Shown here: in pieces, positions 51,934 to 60,667 of the stretch
Layout of the letters: every line of letters starts with the position of its first letter
Numbering within the stretch: position 1 is the stretch's first letter
Assembly: GCA_963736125.1 (NCBI GenBank)
Contig: CAVTNQ010000003.1
Span: 27,899-91,898, forward strand
Source: Candidatus Latescibacterota bacterium
GTDB lineage: Bacteria > Krumholzibacteriota > Krumholzibacteriia > WVZY01 > JAKEHA01
Direction of reading: 5' to 3'
DNA: 64,000 bases
Notes under the pieces: generated by a model
Told to the model about the DNA's origin: nothing
Database searches by the model: none
Seen by the model: only the letters and a program-made list of their open reading frames with translations
Position numbers and translations under genes: made by a program

Positions 51934-52932
51934 GTGAAACCATCGTCGCAGATTTCCATCGTGGTGGAGGAGGACGTCGTCGGCGAACGCCTCGACCGCT
52001 TCCTTGCCGCCCGCCTTCCCAGCCTCTCGCGCACGCAGGCGCAATCGCTCAACGCGGCGGGCGGTGTCCATGTCGACCAACGCGTGCGTCCCGACAGTTA
52101 TTCGCTGTCGGCGGGCGAGACGGTTGCAATCGACCTGTCGCTGCTGCCGCGTCGGAGCGCCGACCTGGCGCCCGCGCCGCAATCGCTCCCGGTCACCGTC
52201 GTCTTCGAAGACGAATCCATCGTAGTGGTCAACAAGGCGCCCGGTGTCGTGGTTCATCCAGCCCATGGCAACTGGGACGGAACGCTGGTCAACGCGCTTT
52301 TGGGAAGGGGAACGGCGCTCTCGTCGATCGGGGGCAATCGCCCGGGGGTGGTGCACCGGCTCGACAAAGATACCTCCGGGTTGATCGTGCTCGCGAAGAC
52401 CGACTCCGCGCATCGCGCGATGTCGGCGGTGATCAAGGCGCACGAGTTCGAGAAGACGTACCACGCCATCGTGATCGGTAACATGCGCGCGCGCAACGTG
52501 GCCGTCGACGCCCCCATCGCGCGACACCCCGTGCACCGACAAAGAATGACGGTGGTTTCGAGCGGCGGGCGCCCCGCGCGCACCGAGGTCTTCGTGGTAG
52601 ACACCTACTATCATTTCGACTATATTCGCGTGACCACTAAGACGGGGCGGACGCACCAGATACGCGTGCATATGGCGCACGAAGGAACTCCGCTGTTGGG
52701 AGACGCGATGTACGGCGGGCGCAAACAGCGCGCGGGCAAAGGCTCCGGTGGGGCAACGTTCGAACACATCGCGCGACAGATGCCCCGACATGCGTTGCAC
52801 GCGTCGCGGCTTTCGTTCGCGCACCCGGAGACGGGCAGTCGCGTGACATTCACGACCGCGCTTCCATCCGATATGCGCTTCGTACTCGAAGCTATCTATC
52901 GGGAAGATCGCGCGAAGGAGGTGTGGGTTTGA
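51934..52932 (+). CDS. rluD: RluA/RluD-family 23S rRNA pseudouridine synthase
   Basis: S4-like RLDRFLA, VVNKAPG, VHRLDKDTSG, TGRTHQIRVH, ALHA. Confidence 0.88.
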   Translation: MKPSSQISIVVEEDVVGERLDRFLAARLPSLSRTQAQSLNAAGGVHVDQRVRPDSYSLSAGETVAIDLSLLPRRSADLAPAPQSLPVTVVFEDESIVVVNKAPGVVVHPAHGNWDGTLVNALLGRGTALSSIGGNRPGVVHRLDKDTSGLIVLAKTDSAHRAMSAVIKAHEFEKTYHAIVIGNMRARNVAVDAPIARHPVHRQRMTVVSSGGRPARTEVFVVDTYYHFDYIRVTTKTGRTHQIRVHMAHEGTPLLGDAMYGGRKQRAGKGSGGATFEHIARQMPRHALHASRLSFAHPETGSRVTFTTALPSDMRFVLEAIYREDRAKEVWV

Positions 52933-53279
52933 AGATCACGCAACGAGAAGTCGGCAGCGCCGCCATCCTCGACCTGAACGGCAAGCTCACCGGCGGCCCC
53001 GACGCGGACGCGTTTCGCGACGTCTTCAAGTCCCTCCTCGACCAGAACAAGAAGAACATCATCGTCAATCTCGAGAAAGTTTCTTGGATCAATTCAACCG
53101 GTCTCGGGATCCTGATCCATAATTACAACACGGTGCGGCGATCGGGCGGCGACATGGTGGTCATGCACGCGTCGGAACGCATCGAGAGCATCCTCTACGT
53201 GACCAAGCTCAACCTCCTATTCAAGTCGTTCAATTCAGAGGAAGATGCAGTCCGGAGCTTCACCCAGGCGACGCGCTAG
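52929..53279 (+). CDS. STAS-domain anti-sigma-factor antagonist
   Basis: NLEKVSWINSTGLG with the phosphorylatable Ser; AAGGAGG RBS. Confidence 0.9.
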   Translation: MKITQREVGSAAILDLNGKLTGGPDADAFRDVFKSLLDQNKKNIIVNLEKVSWINSTGLGILIHNYNTVRRSGGDMVVMHASERIESILYVTKLNLLFKSFNSEEDAVRSFTQATR

Positions 53280-53307
53280 CGCGTCGCCGTAACGTCTCCA
53301 ACGACGC

Positions 53308-53754
53308 ATGGGCAAGCACAACAACGTCGAGCAGATGATCCTGAACATCCCGAGCGACTTGAAGTACCTCGGGGCCGTGGATGCCGCGATCCAGGACTTG
53401 GCGCGGGAATTCTCCTTTTCGCCCGATGCCATCAACGACGTCAGCACGGCGCTGGTAGAGGCGTGCAGCAACGCCATCGAGCACGGCAATCACTTCTCCA
53501 AGGACAAGCGCGTGGTGGTGACGCTCCGTTTCAACGGCAGCACCTTTGTCGCGACGGTCAAGGACGAAGGCACCGGCTTCGATTACGGCAAGGCCATGCG
53601 CGATGAAGCCGGTCCCGATCCGATGAGCGAGCGCGGTCGCGGTATCTTGATCATGCGCGCCTTCACCGACGATCTCCAGTTTCGGGTCGAGAACAACGGC
53701 TTGACCGTCGAGTTGACCAAGCTGCGCGGCGGCGGGGGCGACGCCGACGAGTGA
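53308..53754 (+). CDS. RsbW/SpoIIAB-like anti-sigma factor kinase
   Basis: EACSNAIEHGN (N box), DEGTGFD, ERGRGILIM. Confidence 0.9.
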   Translation: MGKHNNVEQMILNIPSDLKYLGAVDAAIQDLAREFSFSPDAINDVSTALVEACSNAIEHGNHFSKDKRVVVTLRFNGSTFVATVKDEGTGFDYGKAMRDEAGPDPMSERGRGILIMRAFTDDLQFRVENNGLTVELTKLRGGGGDADE

Positions 53755-53859
53755 CTGGGCGCCCCGCATGCGTCGGCCGGGGAACCGCTTGCGAATCGCG
53801 CGCGTAGAAGGGGAGTTCGCGACTCGCGTCCTTAGCGGGGGTCGTCGGAGCGGCTCGAG

Positions 53860-56130
53860 ATGACCGGCCCCAACACCGCCATCGTTTCCGTCCTCTACCT
53901 CGTCTGTGGCGTCGTCATCTTCCTCTTGGGGTTGACGCTGCTGCGCGTCGGGCGCTCCAGTGCCCCCACCCGCGCCGCGGCGTTGATGTTGTTCTTCGCG
54001 GGTCTGGGACCCCTCTTGAGCGGCTCGGGGCTCGTCCTCGAGCGCTCGCTGCGCGAGGGTGCCGTGCTCTACACGAGCATGGTGCAGAACTTCGAGTACC
54101 TCTGGGAGTTCTACTTCCCGTCGCTCCTGCTCTTTACGCTCAGCTTCCCGCGCGAAAACCGCCTGTTGAACCGCTACCCGGCGATCGGGGTCGTGGTGTT
54201 CCTCCCGTACATCTTTCACCTGGCCGCGATGGTGTTCGGCGATCGCATGCTCGAGCAGTTGATCCATCTGCCCAACGTTCTGCCCGGCGAGAGCGACGTG
54301 CACAGCGCCATCCGCGATATCGACCTCACGCGTTTCGACGCCATCGCCGCCGTGCTGGTGCGCATCCTGCAGCGCATCCATCGCAATTTGTTCGCGCTGG
54401 TGAACATCGTCTACGCGCTGGTCGCCCTCGATTTGCTGTGGCGCAGCCAGCGCGGCTTGAAGAACGTGCGGTTGTCGCGCCAGCTCCGTACCGTCGGGCT
54501 CGGTGTAGCGGCCAGTGTCGCGTGCTACACGTTCGCGAAGGTGTCGATCCTGACCAACTCCAGGCTGATGCCGACGCGCGTCAACCTGGCCCTTCTGAAT
54601 CTCTCGCTGGTCGCGAGCGGGGGGGCGATTGCCTACGCGGTGACGCGCCAGCAATTCCTGGGTGTGCGTCACATCATGCAGCGCGCGGTGCTCTATGGCG
54701 CCGTCGCCGCGTTGTTCGCGCTGGTCTACTTGGTGTTGGTACGTCCGGTGACGCTCTTCTTCGGACAGTACTCCGCGGCCAGCCAAGAGGCCTTCGAGAC
54801 CGGCTTCATCGTGATGGTGGTGCTGGCGTTCCAACCTTCCTTGGAGCGCCTGGAATCGTCGCTCGAGAACATGCTGCGTCGCGGGCGCGGCGATTTGGGT
54901 CGCAGCTTCAAGCTTTTGGGCGACGCGGTGGCCGCCGCCACCACGTTCGAAGGTCTCGAGGAAGTGGTGACGAAGGGGCTCAAGGACTCGCTGGACGCCT
55001 CGGAAGTGCGCCTGGCGTTTGCGTACGCGCCCGACGACCCGTTGGCGATCGCCCTGGCCGAGGTCGGAGAGCCGGTGCGCCGCCGCGACCTCTTGCGGGA
55101 CGCCGAGCCGCGTCGGCGCCGTTGGCAGCGCCCGCGCCGGCGCGCGGCCCTCGCCGCGTTGGAAGCCGCGCGACCGACGCTCGACCCCGAGCTCGTGCCG
55201 CCGCGCGTCGACGTATTCGTCCCGGTGGTGCAAGAGCGCCGGTGTGTGGCCTACGTGGCGCTGGGCGAGAAGACCTACGGGCTCACCTACGGCGCCGAAG
55301 AGTTGGGCCACCTTTCGCTCTTGTCGACGCAGATCGGTGCCGCCATGCAGAGCATTCGACTCTTGGCGGAAAGTGTCGAGCGCAAGGTGTTCGAAGAAGA
55401 GTTGAAGATCGCGCGCAGGATCCAGATGCAGATGCTGCCCGGCGAGCCGCCGTCGCTCGAGGGCTTCGAACTCTTCGGCGTGACCGTCCCCAGCCGTCAA
55501 GTCGGCGGCGACTACTACGACTTCGTCGTGGTCGACGGACGCTGGCTCGTGGTGGTGGTCGCGGATGTGTCGGGCAAGGGGATTCCGGCTTCGATTCTCA
55601 CCGCGACGCTGCAGGCCACGGTGCGTTCGAACGCCGACGCGCAAACCAATCCGGTCGGCATGATGGGGCGTTTGAATAGACTCCTGTACCGCAACACCAG
55701 CGCCTCCGAGTTCGCCACTGTGTTCTACGCCGTCGTGGACCTTGAAAACGGCCGCGCGCGCTACGCCAACGCGGGGCACGACTTCCCGTTCGTACTCGGT
55801 AACGGTGGCTCGCGGCAACTGGTCGAGAGCGGTCTCGTGCTCGGGTGCATCGACGAGTTCGAATACCACGAGAATCACTTCGACATTCCCGACGGGGGTG
55901 CCTTGGTGGTGTTCACCGACGGTGTCACCGACTCGGAGACGCGCTCCGGCGAGGCGTACGGTGCCGGTCGCTTGCGCGCGGTGCTCGAGCGACACGCGGG
56001 CGAGTCCGCGCGCGAGCTGTGCCGCCGCGTGATCGAGGATGTGCGCACCTTCGGCGACGGCGAAAACCAGGACGACTTGACCCTGGTGGTGCTGAAGCGT
56101 CGCGCCGGCGCGGGGGTGCTCGCACGATGA
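53860..56130 (+). CDS. Membrane-bound PP2C/SpoIIE (RsbU-like) phosphatase with multi-TM sensor and GAF-like domain
   Basis: ~8 TM N-terminus; VGGDYYD, ADVSGKG, NAGH, FTDGVTD, QDDLT. Confidence 0.88.
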   Translation: MTGPNTAIVSVLYLVCGVVIFLLGLTLLRVGRSSAPTRAAALMLFFAGLGPLLSGSGLVLERSLREGAVLYTSMVQNFEYLWEFYFPSLLLFTLSFPRENRLLNRYPAIGVVVFLPYIFHLAAMVFGDRMLEQLIHLPNVLPGESDVHSAIRDIDLTRFDAIAAVLVRILQRIHRNLFALVNIVYALVALDLLWRSQRGLKNVRLSRQLRTVGLGVAASVACYTFAKVSILTNSRLMPTRVNLALLNLSLVASGGAIAYAVTRQQFLGVRHIMQRAVLYGAVAALFALVYLVLVRPVTLFFGQYSAASQEAFETGFIVMVVLAFQPSLERLESSLENMLRRGRGDLGRSFKLLGDAVAAATTFEGLEEVVTKGLKDSLDASEVRLAFAYAPDDPLAIALAEVGEPVRRRDLLRDAEPRRRRWQRPRRRAALAALEAARPTLDPELVPPRVDVFVPVVQERRCVAYVALGEKTYGLTYGAEELGHLSLLSTQIGAAMQSIRLLAESVERKVFEEELKIARRIQMQMLPGEPPSLEGFELFGVTVPSRQVGGDYYDFVVVDGRWLVVVVADVSGKGIPASILTATLQATVRSNADAQTNPVGMMGRLNRLLYRNTSASEFATVFYAVVDLENGRARYANAGHDFPFVLGNGGSRQLVESGLVLGCIDEFEYHENHFDIPDGGALVVFTDGVTDSETRSGEAYGAGRLRAVLERHAGESARELCRRVIEDVRTFGDGENQDDLTLVVLKRRAGAGVLAR

Positions 56131-56546
56131 GCGACGAAACGGGACGCATCCTCGCGGTTGACCCGGGCGAGCGCCGCGTCGGCCTCGCCATCAGCGACCC
56201 GCTCGGCATCACGGCGCAGGGCTTGCCCACCTTCGATCGCAAGCACGGCGATGTATTCGCGCACTTGCGCGCGCTGGCGTCGCGCTACGAAATCGAGCGG
56301 GTCGTGGTGGGACGGCCACTCTCGCTGTCGGGTCGCGAGAGCGACTCCACGCGGCGCGCGGCCGAGTTCGCGCGCGCCATCGAAGACGCACTCTCGGTCC
56401 CGGTCGACTTATGGGACGAGCGGCTCTCGAGTGCGGAAGCGGAACGCGTGCTGGCCGGCACGCGCGCGGAGAAGGGAGCGGTCGACCGCGTGGCGGCCGT
56501 ACTCATCTTGCAGGGATACCTCGACGCGAGGCGTCGACCGCAATGA
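56127..56546 (+). CDS. ruvX: Pre-16S rRNA nuclease / Holliday junction resolvase-like YqgF
   Basis: LAVDPG..RVGLAISD, VVG.P, WDERLSS, DRVAA.LILQGYLD. Confidence 0.93.
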   Translation: MSDETGRILAVDPGERRVGLAISDPLGITAQGLPTFDRKHGDVFAHLRALASRYEIERVVVGRPLSLSGRESDSTRRAAEFARAIEDALSVPVDLWDERLSSAEAERVLAGTRAEKGAVDRVAAVLILQGYLDARRRPQ

Positions 56547-57583
56547 CCGCGGTGACGCACGGGGTGCGGCGCCCGCTGGCACTCGCCGCGACGTTGGTGG
56601 TGGTCGCGATGCTCGCGTTCGGGGCGTGGGTCGCCAAGGACATGCAGAAGCGCGGGCGGGACACCGGCGAGCGCGTTCGCATTACGGTCGGTGAGGGCGC
56701 GACTTTCTCGGCTGTCGTGTACGACCTCGCGGCGCGCGGTCTGGTACCACGCGCGTGGACGCTCAAGCTGTTCGCGCGCGTCACCGGCGACGACCGCCGC
56801 GTGCAACGCGGCACCTACGAGTTCGCCTCGGGCACACCACCCGTCGACATTCTGCGCGCGCTCGTGCACGGCGACGTGCTGGCCGTGCTCGTCACGATTC
56901 CGGAGGGATTCAACATGTGGCAAGTGGCGGGGGCCTACGACTCGGCCGGCGTCGACTCCGCGAGCCTCTTGTCCGCGCTCAACGACGCCGAGCTCGCGCG
57001 GTCGTTCGAAATTCCGGCTTCGACGTTGGAGGGCTATCTCTTTCCCGACACCTATCGCATCCCGTTCGGCACGACCGCGCGTCAGATTGCCGAGCACATG
57101 GCGGCACGCGCGCGCGAGGCGTGGAGTTCGGAGTACGAACGGCGCGCGCGCGATATCGGGATGTCGCGGCACGAAGTGCTGACCCTGGCCTCGATCGTCG
57201 AGGCGGAAGCGCACGCCCCCGACGAGCGGGCCACCATCGCGGCGGTCTATCACAATCGCTTGAAGAAGCACATGCGCTTGGAAGCGGATCCCACGGTCGC
57301 GTACGCGATGGGAGGGTTTCGCGGCCGGCTCTTCTACAAGGATCTCGAGATCGACTCGCCGTACAACACGTATCGGAACGCAGGCCTCCCGCCGGGGCCG
57401 ATTTGCAACCCGGGGGACGCCTCCATCCGCGCGACCCTCTATCCCGCCGACGGCGTCCACGCGTTGTACTTCGTCGCCCGCGGCGACGGGCGCCACGTGT
57501 TCTCGAACACGCTGCGCGAGCACAACGCCGCGGTGCGCGAAGCGCGTCGCAATCACGCGACGCGCGCGTCGAACGGGAGCTAG
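56543..57583 (+). CDS. mltG: Endolytic transglycosylase MltG
   Basis: TIPEG, LEGYLFPDTY, LASIVEAE, LEADPTV, SPYNTY...GLPPGPICNPG, LYFV. Confidence 0.94.
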   Translation: MTAVTHGVRRPLALAATLVVVAMLAFGAWVAKDMQKRGRDTGERVRITVGEGATFSAVVYDLAARGLVPRAWTLKLFARVTGDDRRVQRGTYEFASGTPPVDILRALVHGDVLAVLVTIPEGFNMWQVAGAYDSAGVDSASLLSALNDAELARSFEIPASTLEGYLFPDTYRIPFGTTARQIAEHMAARAREAWSSEYERRARDIGMSRHEVLTLASIVEAEAHAPDERATIAAVYHNRLKKHMRLEADPTVAYAMGGFRGRLFYKDLEIDSPYNTYRNAGLPPGPICNPGDASIRATLYPADGVHALYFVARGDGRHVFSNTLREHNAAVREARRNHATRASNGS

Positions 57584-57604
57584 GTGGGAGGCGGCGTCCG
57601 TTGC

Positions 57605-57633
57605 TTGACACGTTTTCGTGCGTGTGGTGTAGT
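57605..57633 (+). promoter_or_regulatory. Probable sigma70 promoter for the small gene and tRNA-Val
   Basis: TTGACA, 17 bp, TGTAGT. Confidence 0.5.
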
Positions 57634-57641
57634 CATTCGAC

Positions 57642-57827
57642 ATGGTGACCGCGCCTAGCCAGAATTCGAGTCCCAAGGCTTCGCCCCATTTTCGGTGGAA
57701 GCTTTTCGCCGTCGGTATGCTCGCGATCGTCGTCGGCTATGTTCTGCTCGCGGTTAACGACATCACGGTAGCCCCCATCTTGCTGGTACTCGGTTACTGC
57801 GTCCTGGTGCCCCTCGCGTTCCTTTAG
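57642..57827 (+). CDS. Small two-TM membrane protein, DUF3098-like
   Basis: 61 aa; VGYVLL...TVAPILLVLGY.VLVP pattern. Confidence 0.65.
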   Translation: MVTAPSQNSSPKASPHFRWKLFAVGMLAIVVGYVLLAVNDITVAPILLVLGYCVLVPLAFL

Positions 57828-57865
57828 GCCTCCCCATTCCGGCGCCCGGATCGCCTGGTCCCGTC

Positions 57866-57941
57866 GGGCGAATAGCTCAGTTGGTAGAGCGTCTGCTTTA
57901 CACGCAGAAGGTCACAGGTTCGAGCCCTGTTTCGCCCACCA
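57866..57941 (+). tRNA. tRNA-Val (anticodon TAC)
   Basis: GGGCGAA acceptor pairs with TTCGCCC. D-loop AGTTGGTA, anticodon loop TTTACAC, T-loop GTTCGAG, encoded CCA; 76 nt. Confidence 0.97.
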
Positions 57942-58075
57942 CATGCCTCAACCGTAACTTGTTTCTCCTCGTGGACTTAATTCTTGGGGTCCGCCGCGCC
58001 CCGAAGGCGGGGTCGGAGTGGGTAGACGGGAGGGCGTCTTCACGGGAACTTCGCATACGGACGCAAAATAGTGCG

Positions 58076-58105
58076 TTGACATGCCCTTTCGATCCGTGGT
58101 AGAAT
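58076..58105 (+). promoter_or_regulatory. Strong sigma70 promoter (extended -10)
   Basis: TTGACA (58076-81), 18 bp, TGn-TAGAAT (58100-05); ~125-nt 5' leader. Confidence 0.75.
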
Positions 58106-58234
58106 TTTGCCCGGTCGAGTAAGGTGTCGTTTTACCAACGGTGGAGGGAGGTGGGCTGTCGGCGAGCATTTCGCCGGCGGCAGGCTTCTCATATAAATGG
58201 GCCATCACCACAACCACTTTTTGGAGGTGTAGGA

Positions 58235-58873
58235 ATGTTGAAAGGAAAGTTCGCTGTGCTATCGCTTGCTGCGGCGGCTTTGCTGTGCCTGCAGTTCGCG
58301 GGCGTCAACACCGTCAATAGCGGTGTTGTCGATCCGTGTAATTCCACGGCCAGCGGTCCGGCGGGCGTTATCTTCGCGTGTCCGCAAAACGACGGCGACC
58401 TACTGGGCGCTGCCGGTTTGACGATCAACGTCACGGTGAAAGACAACGTCAACGCTCCGGTCGTCGGCGTTCCCGCGGCAGACATTTGGCTGATCGGTTG
58501 TAACGATCTGCTCGGTCTGTGCGGCGGAAGCGGCGCGATCAACGCGTCGGCGGCGACGGACATCAACGGTCAGACGACGATCACTGGCAAGATTGCGGCC
58601 GGCGGCTGCGATCTCGGTGGCGTTCGCGTGGTCGTTCAGGGTGTTGTCGTCGGCGCAGGTGTGTGCGCTGCTCCGTGCGTGGCAATCAAGGTCAAGTCGG
58701 CGGACATTAACAAGAACCTCGTCGTCAACCTGGTCGATTTCGCGACCTTTGGCGCAGGCTACACGTCGCCGCCGAAGCCGTACAACGAGTGCATTGATTA
58801 CACGGCACCGTTTGGTACCGTGACGTTGCCGGACTTCGCAAAGTACGGCTCGCACAATAACCACACGTGTTAG
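58235..58873 (+). CDS. Secreted Cys-rich Ig-like (Big_1-like) plus dockerin-like protein
   Basis: Signal peptide; TINVTVKD...PVVGVP...ATDINGQTT (invasin/Big_1-like); two EF-hand-like repeats DINKNLVVNLVDFATF and DYTAPFGTVTLPDFAKY. Confidence 0.7.
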   Translation: MLKGKFAVLSLAAAALLCLQFAGVNTVNSGVVDPCNSTASGPAGVIFACPQNDGDLLGAAGLTINVTVKDNVNAPVVGVPAADIWLIGCNDLLGLCGGSGAINASAATDINGQTTITGKIAAGGCDLGGVRVVVQGVVVGAGVCAAPCVAIKVKSADINKNLVVNLVDFATFGAGYTSPPKPYNECIDYTAPFGTVTLPDFAKYGSHNNHTC

Positions 58874-58947
58874 TGGGCATAGCGGCGTAAGTGACTCCTA
58901 AATCGTTTGCGACCGTGACTTTGCAGTTATAAAAGGAGTTTGTCGCT

Positions 58948-59520
58948 ATGAAGAGAGCTCTAGCAGGGGTGCTTGCAATCGCGTTCGTCGGCCTGATGGC
59001 CGCCGGTGCGACGGCGCAGGTGCCTTTCTTCCAAGTGTATTTCGACGATGACAGCAACGGTAGTTACGGTGAGACGCAGGCATACTGCGGCGCGCCTCTG
59101 GCGTCACAGAACCTGTATCTCGTCCTCCTGAACGCCAACACGTTCGTGGTGGCCGTCGACTACCAGGTGTCATTCCCCCCGGCGTTGTTGTTCGTGTCGG
59201 ATAACTATCCGACCGTTCCGGGTGGCTCGCTGAACCTCGGCGATTCGTTCCAAGGCAACGCCGTTTCGTACGGCCTGCCGCGTAGCGGGTTTTCGCCGAT
59301 GCTCGTGACCACCATGTCGACCCTTTGGACGGGCCAATGCGATTGCGCGACTCCGTCGCCGCTTGCGGCTGGCGGATATCCCGGCAAGTCATCGCCTGCG
59401 TTCGTTCGCTGGCCGGACTATGTAGAGTTTGCGGCGGTCGGTATGACGTCGTTGCTCTGCCCGGGTCCTGTGTCGACGCGTTCGACGACGTGGGGTAGTG
59501 TCAAGGCGCTGTACCGGTAG
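58948..59520 (+). CDS. Secreted cohesin-like beta-sandwich protein with C-terminal TWGSVKALYR
   Basis: Signal peptide, beta-rich, 4 Cys, conserved tail shared with the next two genes. Confidence 0.7.
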   Translation: MKRALAGVLAIAFVGLMAAGATAQVPFFQVYFDDDSNGSYGETQAYCGAPLASQNLYLVLLNANTFVVAVDYQVSFPPALLFVSDNYPTVPGGSLNLGDSFQGNAVSYGLPRSGFSPMLVTTMSTLWTGQCDCATPSPLAAGGYPGKSSPAFVRWPDYVEFAAVGMTSLLCPGPVSTRSTTWGSVKALYR

Positions 59521-59540
59521 TTTTGAACGTGATTGAAGTG

Positions 59541-59611
59541 GGCTGGATGAACCACGAGTTATCGGGTTCATCCACGACACGCGAACAGCGGTTCATCCAG
59601 CCTTCGTTTTT
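59541..59611 (+). terminator. Terminator-like hairpin with an alternative internal pairing
   Basis: GGCTGGATGAACC (59541-53) pairs with GGTTCATCCAGCC (59590-602), followed by TTCGTTTTT. A second GGTTCATCC sits at 59565-73. Confidence 0.55.
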
Positions 59612-59638
59612 AGCTCCAGTCCTGAAGGAGAAAGCGTA

Positions 59639-60199
59639 ATGAAAAAGGTTCTATTGATGACGTTGGCTCTGATGGTGTGTGCCATGCCGGCACTCGCCGA
59701 CCATATCGGCGTGTTCCAGGATACGGGCGGCACGAATTGCGTCATGACGCAGTTCCTCCCGTTCCCGACCCCGAACGCGATGTACATCGTCCACAAGTTC
59801 AACCCGGGTTCGACGGCCGCGCAGTTCAAGGTCAACGACCTGTCGGGCTTCATCGCCTCGGCGCAGACGACGCCGTACTTGGCGCTCGGCACGTGGAACA
59901 CCGACCTGTCGCTGGCTTACGGCGGCTGCGTCGTGGGTGACCACGTTCTGATGACGTTGAACTTCTTTGTTGTTACCCCTCCGGGGAACTGCGCCTCGAC
60001 CCTCCAGATCGTCCCGGCTCCGACTTCGCCGATCCCGGGTGCGGTTGCACTCGTCGACTGCGCGTCGCCGAGCGGCAATCTGAAGCCGGCGAGCGGTGGC
60101 AACATGTACTTCTTCGGTGGTTGCGTCGATCCGGCGGCTTGCCTCCCGACCGGCGTTTCGAACAAGACGTGGGGCGGCATCAAGGCCCTCTATCGCTAG
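59639..60199 (+). CDS. Secreted cohesin-like protein with C-terminal TWGGIKALYR
   Basis: Signal peptide, TAAQFKV, AYGGCV, PAPTSPIPG, VDCASPSGNL; AAGGAG RBS. Confidence 0.72.
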   Translation: MKKVLLMTLALMVCAMPALADHIGVFQDTGGTNCVMTQFLPFPTPNAMYIVHKFNPGSTAAQFKVNDLSGFIASAQTTPYLALGTWNTDLSLAYGGCVVGDHVLMTLNFFVVTPPGNCASTLQIVPAPTSPIPGAVALVDCASPSGNLKPASGGNMYFFGGCVDPAACLPTGVSNKTWGGIKALYR

Positions 60200-60229
60200 T
60201 CTAGGCTAGAGAGACCAAGATTCTGTTTC

Positions 60230-60276
60230 GAGACGCGCCCGGGTCGCTCAAACGACTCGGGCGCGTTTCTCTTTTG
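60230..60276 (+). terminator. Intrinsic terminator
   Basis: GAGACGCGCCCGGGTCG/CGACTCGGGCGCGTTTC stem followed by TCTTTT. Confidence 0.75.
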
Positions 60277-60471
60277 TAGAGGAGAAGCGGGCGCTCAATG
60301 GGCGACGTCGCGACTATTCGCGACGTCGCGAGTGACAGAAAAACCGCCACTTGTCCAACCGGCGGCGCGGGCGCGATCGGGCGACTGCGCCGCTTTTGAT
60401 TGCAGGCGGTGCTAGTTACCCGATCCCATGCGCGCGGCACATGCCTTGCAGAAGCAACCCCTTGAAAAATC

Positions 60472-60501
60472 TTGACAGTCCCGAGGAGCGGGGAGGATAT
60501 T
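60472..60501 (+). promoter_or_regulatory. Probable sigma70 promoter for the third TWG-tail gene
   Basis: TTGACA, 18 bp, GATATT. Confidence 0.45.
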
Positions 60502-60667
60502 CGGCTCGTCGAGGAGGAAGACGGGCCGAGCCCGACGGATTGCTCGAGATTCGTTTACAAAAGATGCGGCCGGCCAAGTGAGGTCCCTTCGCCCCGAGGG
60601 CCGGCGTCGGAGCTCCGTGAGGAATACGTTCATGGGGTTCACGGTTCTGGCAAAAGGAGCAAATATC

